The notes below the pieces were generated by a model, which saw only the letters and a list, made by a program, of their open reading frames with translations, had not been told where the DNA came from and did not search any database. The position numbers and the translations under genes are program-made. This document shows, in pieces, positions 26,911-34,156 of a stretch of DNA of 57,778 nucleotides (the first letter of the stretch is position 1; every line of letters begins with the position of its first letter). The stretch comes from a virus (taxonomy: Duplodnaviria > Caudoviricetes): positions 1 to 57,778 of the IMG/VR virus record IMGVR_UViG_3300032164_000017; one strand, given 5' to 3'.

Positions 26911-28341
26911 ATGAAGATTTCGCTCTCCGAGGGGTTCACGTACCTCCAGTCTGCGAAACAGCGGAACTTTTTCGCACGACTCATCAGCGCCCTGTCTCGT
27001 GTAGAGCAGCCTGGTTTGGGTACGCTGGCTGTTGGCATCAATCGACAGGGCAAGTTTGTTTTGTATTACGACCCTGCGTTTTTGGGAAAACTTCACTTCA
27101 TCGAGCTGGTTCTCAGTCTCGAACACGAAGTTTACCACATCATCCTGGACCACATTCCGCGATATCTGGACCTCCTCAGCAGTCTTGTCGATGACGAGGA
27201 GAAGAAGCGTTTTCAATCTGTTATGAACGTTGCCGCAGATTGTGCAGGCAATGAATTGATGCGGGCTGAAAACGGTTTCGATGACCAGTACAAGGACTGG
27301 TTCTACGGTTCCGAAGCGACCGATGGGCGTGCATTCATCATCCCTGAGACCTTCAACCTTGCACGTCTCCAGCCCTTCGAGATCTACATGTTTCAGCTCA
27401 TGGCACAGGTCAAGAAGGCAACCAAGCAGTTTCAGAATGGGGCGTCGATGGACTTCTACTCGTTGCCCATGAAAGGGGGCCAAGGCCAAGAACCGAGCCC
27501 GGGACAGGGACAAGGACAGGGACAGGGCAAAGAGCAAAAGAAGGAAGACAAGTCACCCTCTGCAATGCTCTCAGCATACTTCAACGAGAAGACCAACGAC
27601 CGCCATCAGTTCTGGGCACAAGGTTGCGGTGAAGAGAAGCCCAACGCAGAAGAATTGCAGGGTCTCGCTGATAAGCTTCGGCAAGAGGCTACTAGCATTG
27701 TGCGTACGGCTGTCGAGGAACATCTCAAATCTCGCGGCACGATCCCGGCAGGTCTCCAAGAGTACATCGAAGCGATGCTCGCCCGGCCCACCATCCCGTG
27801 GCCCAAGGCGTTGCGAGACTGGGTATCGAGAACACATCAGTCGAAGCTCGAACGGGGCATGTCGCGTCCTAGTCGTCGATTGCACGGGGTACCCGACATT
27901 CTGCCGTTCCCCGGTCACGAGCGCGACCGCCGGTTCACGATTCTCTACGCTCTCGATACGAGCGGTTCGATGAGCACGGAAGACTGCAAGCTCGGTCTGA
28001 CCGAACTGGTGAACATCATCCATGCAGAACCCGACGTGTCTCTACACGTGATGTACTGCGACGCGGAACTGCACACTGTTTACAAAGTAGAGTCGGTGGA
28101 CCAGATCGACTTCACTATAGCGGGACGTGGCGGCACTGACTTCAACCCTCCGTTCATACGCTGTCGGGAACTCCTTCGCGGAGAGTCCGCACCCGACATC
28201 TTGATCTACGCCACAGATGGTTACGCACCCGCGCCCGAACCCGATAATCGCGTACCTATCCCTGTGGTCTGGCTCATCACACCGACGGGTCAGGTTCCAT
28301 CAGAGGACTACGGGCATCACATTCGCATGGAGCCCTTCTAA
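26911..28341 (+). CDS. metallopeptidase-like (HExxH) + VWA domain protein (DUF2201-like), MoxR partner
   Basis: LEHEVYH; LDTSGSMS MIDAS; GRGGTDF; IYATDG. Confidence 0.88.
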   Translation: MKISLSEGFTYLQSAKQRNFFARLISALSRVEQPGLGTLAVGINRQGKFVLYYDPAFLGKLHFIELVLSLEHEVYHIILDHIPRYLDLLSSLVDDEEKKRFQSVMNVAADCAGNELMRAENGFDDQYKDWFYGSEATDGRAFIIPETFNLARLQPFEIYMFQLMAQVKKATKQFQNGASMDFYSLPMKGGQGQEPSPGQGQGQGQGKEQKKEDKSPSAMLSAYFNEKTNDRHQFWAQGCGEEKPNAEELQGLADKLRQEATSIVRTAVEEHLKSRGTIPAGLQEYIEAMLARPTIPWPKALRDWVSRTHQSKLERGMSRPSRRLHGVPDILPFPGHERDRRFTILYALDTSGSMSTEDCKLGLTELVNIIHAEPDVSLHVMYCDAELHTVYKVESVDQIDFTIAGRGGTDFNPPFIRCRELLRGESAPDILIYATDGYAPAPEPDNRVPIPVVWLITPTGQVPSEDYGHHIRMEPF

Positions 28342-28988
28342 TGGACCCCAACGGCATCGTCAAGATTCGCGTAGCGAGAAACCAGGTAGCGAGTTTCCCC
28401 TTCGATGTGTTCTATCTCGTGCCTATTGCGCATCGTGAGATTCTTCCGCGACTCTTTCCTTGGTCCCTTTGCGTACCCATGACGACAGAGGTGATCTTGC
28501 GTGTGACAGCCTTGAAGGTGCACAAGCAAGAAGACCGTCCCCACGATCAAGATCGAATCAAGGATATTCACTGGCAACCCATGGCGATTCGGTTGACGAG
28601 CCTAGAGGTTGATCTGGCACACACGTTCATGATCGTACCGATTCTTCCTCTTGTTCCACGAAAACCGGAGTCATCAAAACAAGTAGCGAAACGCCTGCCG
28701 GGGTACCTACTCGCAAAGCGCCATCGCATACTTCGAACTGAACACGACGCATACAAAGGTACCTTTCAAGACATCATCAACGATTCCGTAGTTCTCTTTA
28801 CTCCCAATGGGCCCATCCGCCCTGTGTGTAGGAAGTGTCCGCGGCATCTCTTGCATATACAGGGAAAGTGCGAACTAGGAAGCCGCCCTTGCTATGAGGA
28901 ACTTGTCCTCAAAAGGTCACCCTATGAGCAGTTACCTACAGACAACGCTGACCACGTTCCCGATACCAACGCACCTGTTGGCGGCTGA
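28341..28988 (+). CDS. hypothetical protein with C-terminal Cys cluster, upstream of RT
   Basis: TAATG coupling to VWA gene; CRKC-x10-C-x6-C; overlaps RT start. Confidence 0.65.
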   Translation: MDPNGIVKIRVARNQVASFPFDVFYLVPIAHREILPRLFPWSLCVPMTTEVILRVTALKVHKQEDRPHDQDRIKDIHWQPMAIRLTSLEVDLAHTFMIVPILPLVPRKPESSKQVAKRLPGYLLAKRHRILRTEHDAYKGTFQDIINDSVVLFTPNGPIRPVCRKCPRHLLHIQGKCELGSRPCYEELVLKRSPYEQLPTDNADHVPDTNAPVGG

Positions 28989-29973
28989 TCAACCTCTTCC
29001 GTTCATCCTGGACGATTTCTCTCTTGCACTGTACCTCGGCGTAAGATGCAAAACGCTCTGGTACTGCGTGACCGCCAAGAAAGATCTCTACTCCACGTTC
29101 ACAATCGCCAAGGCCAATGGAAAGCGCCGGCCCATTCACCATCCAAAGCGTATTTTGAAGTACGTACAGCGGCGCGTTGCACAGGTGATCCTATCGCGGC
29201 TCCCCGTGCTTCCTTGCGTAGGTGCGTACGTGAAAGGCAAGAGCTGCCGCGATAGTGCTGAGCAGCATGTACAGAAGAATGTGCTCATCAAACTCGATCT
29301 GAAAGACTTCTTCCCTTCCCATACACGTACCCGTGTCCGTAACTTCTTCAAAGACCTAGGATACAGTCACTGGGTCGCGGGCTTGATCGGTGATTTGTGT
29401 ACCGTGCACGAAAAAGGCCGTCACTTTGTACCGCAAGGAAGTCCTGCCTCTCCTTCGCTGTGCAATCATATTGCCCAACGCTACCTGGATACACCCCTCC
29501 TGGCGGCCCTTGCAGGTTCTGGCTGGACGTATACGCGCTATTCAGATGATCTTGCGTTGAGTCATGCAGACGCTGTTACGCGTGGTGAAGTTGATGCCCT
29601 CATCGCACGTGTCGATACGCTCGTGAAAAGTGCGGGCTACCGTGTGAACTGGAAGAAGCTGCGTATTCAACGTCCACCAACACGTCAAAAGATGTTGGGT
29701 ATGGTTGTGAATCAACATCCAAACATACCTCGCGACGTGTACCGACGCTATCGCAACATCATCTTCAACTGCCTCGAGTACGGCTTCTTCCCAAATGCCT
29801 TGCGCTATGGGGGTGAGTTCATCGATGCACCGCAAGCATTCGCATCGCATCTACGTGGCAAGGTGAGCTATTTCCAGAGCATCAATGCAGAGCATGGCGC
29901 AAAGCTGGCCGAGGTTCTTCAGCTCGCCCTCGAAAGACATCAAGATGAGAACTTCGAAGACGTCTATCCCTGA
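28924..29973 (+). CDS. retron-family reverse transcriptase (stand-alone, 349 aa)
   Basis: YSTFTIAKANGKRRPIHHP..LKYVQ; SAEQH (region X NAxxH-like); KLDLKDFFPS; PQGSPASPSLCN; YTRYSDDL; QKMLGMVVN (region Y VTG-like); LRGKVSYFQSIN. Confidence 0.92.
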   Translation: MSSYLQTTLTTFPIPTHLLAADQPLPFILDDFSLALYLGVRCKTLWYCVTAKKDLYSTFTIAKANGKRRPIHHPKRILKYVQRRVAQVILSRLPVLPCVGAYVKGKSCRDSAEQHVQKNVLIKLDLKDFFPSHTRTRVRNFFKDLGYSHWVAGLIGDLCTVHEKGRHFVPQGSPASPSLCNHIAQRYLDTPLLAALAGSGWTYTRYSDDLALSHADAVTRGEVDALIARVDTLVKSAGYRVNWKKLRIQRPPTRQKMLGMVVNQHPNIPRDVYRRYRNIIFNCLEYGFFPNALRYGGEFIDAPQAFASHLRGKVSYFQSINAEHGAKLAEVLQLALERHQDENFEDVYP

Positions 29974-31480
29974 CCTGGATCGCGTCGTGACTATCTGTGC
30001 CGGGAAGGAGACGCGTTACAGCCAATCAACTTCCCGACTAGGCCTTGTCTTCTGTGATCGTACACGGGACCTTACACGCACTGAACAAATCAACATCATG
30101 CTGGATAAAGAAGTACGCGAAATCTTCGGTGACTACTTCTACGGCATGCTCATCACGTTTGAACCTGCGAAATACTACTACCATAACAGCGTGCACAAAG
30201 CGCGGGACTTCCCACAAGCCTTCTACGTAGTAGCGGGTGGCGAAGGACTCTTCGCGATTGGTGATGAAGTTCCCTTCTTCATCATGCAGGGTGACAAGTT
30301 CTTTGAGACGACACGTAAAGAGCTTTTCATGCGATGTGCGTTGATGCAGAAATGGATCGGTTGTAATACCTGTTCCTGGCAGGGAGATCGTTGCACGTTC
30401 ACGTTTCGCAAAGAGGACCCTGTAACAGATGCACCACCGCTCACTGCACAACTACCCTTTGCGTTCATGCACGGTCGCCCTTCGTGGGATGATTCATTTC
30501 TTGAACGTATTCAGTATCTAGATTTCGAGGATTGGAAAGAGCGCCAGGTGCGCACTTGGCGTGACACCCTCGCAGGTTTCACGTATGTGCCTCCCGCAGC
30601 GGGACATGGCAACCCTCTGCAACCGGGTCTCAACGCTATCCAGGCACCCTTTCAAGTCAACTTCTCGGGTGTGGAAGACGTACAGGGGATGTTCTCGGAC
30701 CGAAGTGCCGCCGGTCGTAAAACTGCACTCTTCAAAATCCGGGAGTGCTCTCAGTGCTACTTCGGTGGCACGGTCAGACGCTACAATAGTGAGAAGACTA
30801 GACCTACGTCATGCAATCAATACGCACCACGGCACTGCAACCACGGCGCATGGACTGAGGAACGCTTGCATGCGTACACGATGGAGCTAGCAACCAAGGC
30901 CATCAAAACGCGTTCACCGTTCTCCATGGAAGAAGTTTGGCGCATTGCACGGGTCGCAGGTATTCCATTCCAGGTGAAAGACCCCCGCACTGGATGTAAG
31001 CGTGAGTGGCAAGTAGGCCGCCTCGTCGATTCAGGTGAGCGTATCTCGATTCAGTTAACACGTACCTCAATGAGTTCGGATGCACGGGGTGACCATCGAA
31101 ACGTTCATTCGCTCGAAGAGCTACGCACCTTCGTTCCTGATTTTCTCTGGGAACACTTTCAGCAAACGGAACCACCCATTAACGAAGACCAGTTCGCACT
31201 GTGGTTGCAACTCACCTCCGCAAGACACGGAAGAAGTTATTCGTTCTTTTACAGTACCAAAAAACACTGTGGCTACGGTAATTACACGCCTTCGATTCAC
31301 TCAGTTCGACTCGATACATATGGTTCCGTGGAGTACGAGACCGTCATGTCACGACAACGTCGAAAGGTGCGCCTTCGGACATTCTCGGATATGTACCATC
31401 ACTTCGGAAATCTGCTGCTCTTCGGGATTCATGATCGAGAGCCCGTGCAGAATCCAAAGTTTGATACCTGGGTGCGCTAA
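29945..31480 (+). CDS. hypothetical Cys-rich 511-aa protein overlapping RT end (candidate retron partner)
   Basis: Overlaps RT by 29 nt; CNTC-x6-C and CSQC...C...C clusters; no recognised domain. Confidence 0.65.
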   Translation: MRTSKTSIPDLDRVVTICAGKETRYSQSTSRLGLVFCDRTRDLTRTEQINIMLDKEVREIFGDYFYGMLITFEPAKYYYHNSVHKARDFPQAFYVVAGGEGLFAIGDEVPFFIMQGDKFFETTRKELFMRCALMQKWIGCNTCSWQGDRCTFTFRKEDPVTDAPPLTAQLPFAFMHGRPSWDDSFLERIQYLDFEDWKERQVRTWRDTLAGFTYVPPAAGHGNPLQPGLNAIQAPFQVNFSGVEDVQGMFSDRSAAGRKTALFKIRECSQCYFGGTVRRYNSEKTRPTSCNQYAPRHCNHGAWTEERLHAYTMELATKAIKTRSPFSMEEVWRIARVAGIPFQVKDPRTGCKREWQVGRLVDSGERISIQLTRTSMSSDARGDHRNVHSLEELRTFVPDFLWEHFQQTEPPINEDQFALWLQLTSARHGRSYSFFYSTKKHCGYGNYTPSIHSVRLDTYGSVEYETVMSRQRRKVRLRTFSDMYHHFGNLLLFGIHDREPVQNPKFDTWVR

Positions 31481-32472
31481 GCGGCGGGATCGTAATCAGG
31501 CTTGAGTGTTTTGATGGCTGCAAGTGCTGCGTCCGATGCAGCCTGTGCCACGACGTACGCAGCCTGTGCATCCTCGTAAGCCGTGCGTTTCTGGGACAGT
31601 GTCGTCTGCGCAGTCGCAAGATCAGACTGCGCAGACGTCACTGCTACGTCCTTGTTGTTGCATTCAGTGGTGAACGTTCCAAGGTTCGTCGCAGCTGTGG
31701 ACAGCGCTGTGTTTGCATTGGCTTGCTTGGTGCCGAACACGGTTTGTGCTGCGATGAGAATGCTCTCCGCAGCAGGATTGGTTCCTGTTGTCGCTGCACG
31801 GTACGTCTCGGTAGCTGCTCGAAGGGTCTCTGCATCCTGGTAGAAACCCGTGCCGGATTTCATTGCATCGTAGAGAACCTGGAAGTAACCCTTGAACTGG
31901 TAGCACTTGTCCCGTTGTGTCTGTGCCGTGGTGAGCGCCGTAGCTTTGGCGTCTGCATCCGTCTTCGCAGTGGTGTAATCCGTAAGCGCACTGTCGCGTG
32001 TTTCTTTAGCTGTGGCCTCCGAGGTGAGCGCCGTTTGGTAGTTATCAACCAAGGCCTGGAAAGCGCTCGAGTCCACTCGAGGATGGATAGTTTCTTCGCT
32101 GGTTGCGACAAAACCTGTTGAGTACGTGTGCCAGTCCTCTACCAGCTCATCGATGCGACTCTTGAGAACATCCTGGGCTGCGACACCCGTATCAAGGTTG
32201 TCGTAGATAAAGCGGCAGGAAATTACCCGGTAAAGTGTCCCTTGTACGAGGACAACCGCAGCACGGTCTTCCAGAAGTTCCGTCAGGTCTGCAATGGTGG
32301 CCACACGGGCGAACGTATCCTCTTTGGGATCGTTTACGTCGTTGATCTGCATCACAAAGATAGCAGACGTGGGAAGATCGCCTTTATCGGTAACTTGAAT
32401 GACGATGACGAATTTCTCAACTTCGTTGATCGTCTCAGCGTTACGCGTTTGGACTGTTTTGGTGTCAGCCAT
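31477..32472 (-). CDS. putative virion protein, Ala/Thr-rich coiled coil
   Basis: N-terminal domain similar to the two upstream genes, then long heptad-like helix. Confidence 0.65.
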   Translation of the reverse strand: MADTKTVQTRNAETINEVEKFVIVIQVTDKGDLPTSAIFVMQINDVNDPKEDTFARVATIADLTELLEDRAAVVLVQGTLYRVISCRFIYDNLDTGVAAQDVLKSRIDELVEDWHTYSTGFVATSEETIHPRVDSSAFQALVDNYQTALTSEATAKETRDSALTDYTTAKTDADAKATALTTAQTQRDKCYQFKGYFQVLYDAMKSGTGFYQDAETLRAATETYRAATTGTNPAAESILIAAQTVFGTKQANANTALSTAATNLGTFTTECNNKDVAVTSAQSDLATAQTTLSQKRTAYEDAQAAYVVAQAASDAALAAIKTLKPDYDPAA

Positions 32473-32474
32473 GG

Positions 32475-32858
32475 TCAGCTCTGCGTGAGGGTGAAGGTTT
32501 GTGTACCTGCAAATGCCCCTTCAGCTGTGTTGAATTCATTGACAACGCCTTGAAGACGTACTGTCGTTACGTGGATGAAGTTGAGGGCATCTGTAAGGAG
32601 ATCGAACAGCCGCGTGACCGCGCTCGCTCGATACCGATCCAATCCAGCGGATACCGCTGCACTCTTGGTGTCGGGCCACGCTTCAAGGTCGTAGAGCATG
32701 GCCACGTAGAGGTACACATCGTCACTGGTGTTGAATACGAAAAGTGCAAGGGGAAGCTCTTCGGATGCGTCAACGACGTAATGCACTTGATACTTCACGC
32801 TTCCGTCGGCTTGCGGCACAACTGTGTTGGTTTGCGTAACCTTTATTGAAGTGCTCAT
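32475..32858 (-). CDS. putative virion protein
   Basis: Tightly coupled to neighbours; shares motif pattern with them. Confidence 0.65.
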   Translation of the reverse strand: MSTSIKVTQTNTVVPQADGSVKYQVHYVVDASEELPLALFVFNTSDDVYLYVAMLYDLEAWPDTKSAAVSAGLDRYRASAVTRLFDLLTDALNFIHVTTVRLQGVVNEFNTAEGAFAGTQTFTLTQS

Positions 32859-33502
32859 GCGGGATACGTCTCCGTCTCCACGCCCGCGAAGGTTGCTCCG
32901 TGGATGTTGGCTTGGTTCACAAGAGAGCTGACGTAGACTTCATTGGAGCTGACGCGATCCAATGCGCGCTGTACCGTGTCGAACTCTTGGGTCCAGTGAC
33001 GCCGTAAAAAAGGATCTGATCCCGTGGTGGTGTATCGGTATGTTTTGCCCGTGCCAGTGCCTCGCGTCACTGCTTCAGTGCTGTCTTTGAGCGTCCATGC
33101 CACGTTCGCTTCAGCGCGAGGAAACGGTTTAACCGAATTAACGAGTACGTAGTTGCCTGTGGGTTCTACATAGGTAACCACAAACGTGGCCGATACGAAG
33201 TTGGTGTTCATCCACGCCGCAGGAGGGCTGGGGATGATCAGGTGATCTCCAGTAATCGCACCTATGGATAAGAACTGGCCCGGTGTCGTGGCCTCGAGGC
33301 GAATGAGAGGATTTTCGACGTACTTCGCGAGGTCTTCGAGAGTGGCGACACGTTCCCACAATTCCACTTCGTCAGCAGGTCCAGGATTTACAACGAAGAG
33401 TGGGTACATGCCAGAGGGATCTGCACTGGTGATCCACGACGTCACGCAGTAGCTGTTTGTGAGAAGAGTTTTCTCTTGTCTGAGGGTCACTGTCACGGAC
33501 AT
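32855..33502 (-). CDS. putative virion protein
   Basis: First gene of a three-gene minus-strand block. Confidence 0.65.
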   Translation of the reverse strand: MSVTVTLRQEKTLLTNSYCVTSWITSADPSGMYPLFVVNPGPADEVELWERVATLEDLAKYVENPLIRLEATTPGQFLSIGAITGDHLIIPSPPAAWMNTNFVSATFVVTYVEPTGNYVLVNSVKPFPRAEANVAWTLKDSTEAVTRGTGTGKTYRYTTTGSDPFLRRHWTQEFDTVQRALDRVSSNEVYVSSLVNQANIHGATFAGVETETYPA

Positions 33503-33576
33503 TGTCTTGATCTCTCAGGCTAACTCGTGTACGAATAGTAAGTCACAGTGAGTGCGTAGACAAGTCTGATGGGCCA

Positions 33577-34137
33577 ATGGCGACGTATGTTGGGATTGAC
33601 CAGGCACTGAACAAGATCGGCGTCTGCGTCCTCCTGGACGGGGTTTCAGTGAGCTTGCACTTGATCAAGACGCCTCGCAATTTGCGAGGGACGGAGCGGC
33701 TTACTTTTCTACGAAACCAACTCGAAGCACAGCTCGTATCGTATCGGGGGAACATCACGCACGCGGCACTCGAAGCACAGTCGTTAGGTTCACTGGGCGA
33801 TATTGACCAGCTTGGTCAAATCAACGGTGTTGTGCAGATTGTGCTCGCAGACCTCGGTATAGCCCATCCGCTTCTCGTGCCTCCCGCCACCTTGAAAAAG
33901 TTCGTGACAGGTCATGGCAGTGCGTCAAAAGCACGCATGATGCAAGCGACGACCAAATACTGGGACGTCACGATTGAGCAAGATGACCTCTGTGACGCAC
34001 ATGGTCTTGCACGTGTTGCTGAAGAAGTTCACGAACAACGATCTAGGGTTCGTCATCAGATCGAAGCGACGCTGAGTTTGACGCGACCACGCAAGAAACG
34101 TCCTCGTCGAAAATCGACAAACGATAGCACACTGTAA
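33577..34137 (+). CDS. ruvC: RuvC-like Holliday junction resolvase
   Basis: YVGIDQ, ALEAQ, PPATLKKFVTGHGSASK, DDLCDAHGLA. Confidence 0.85.
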   Translation: MATYVGIDQALNKIGVCVLLDGVSVSLHLIKTPRNLRGTERLTFLRNQLEAQLVSYRGNITHAALEAQSLGSLGDIDQLGQINGVVQIVLADLGIAHPLLVPPATLKKFVTGHGSASKARMMQATTKYWDVTIEQDDLCDAHGLARVAEEVHEQRSRVRHQIEATLSLTRPRKKRPRRKSTNDSTL

Positions 34138-34156
34138 GTTGCTTGGAGGGTGGCGT

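Noticed and set aside
26833-27537. N-terminal extension of the 565-aa ORF
   Set aside because: Overlaps the VWA gene antisense; a good RBS supports the start at 26832.
28924-29973. RT as DGR or group II intron enzyme
   Set aside because: Retron-type region X/Y motifs, no maturase/endonuclease extension, no interrupted gene, no avd-like gene or TR/VR pair noticed.
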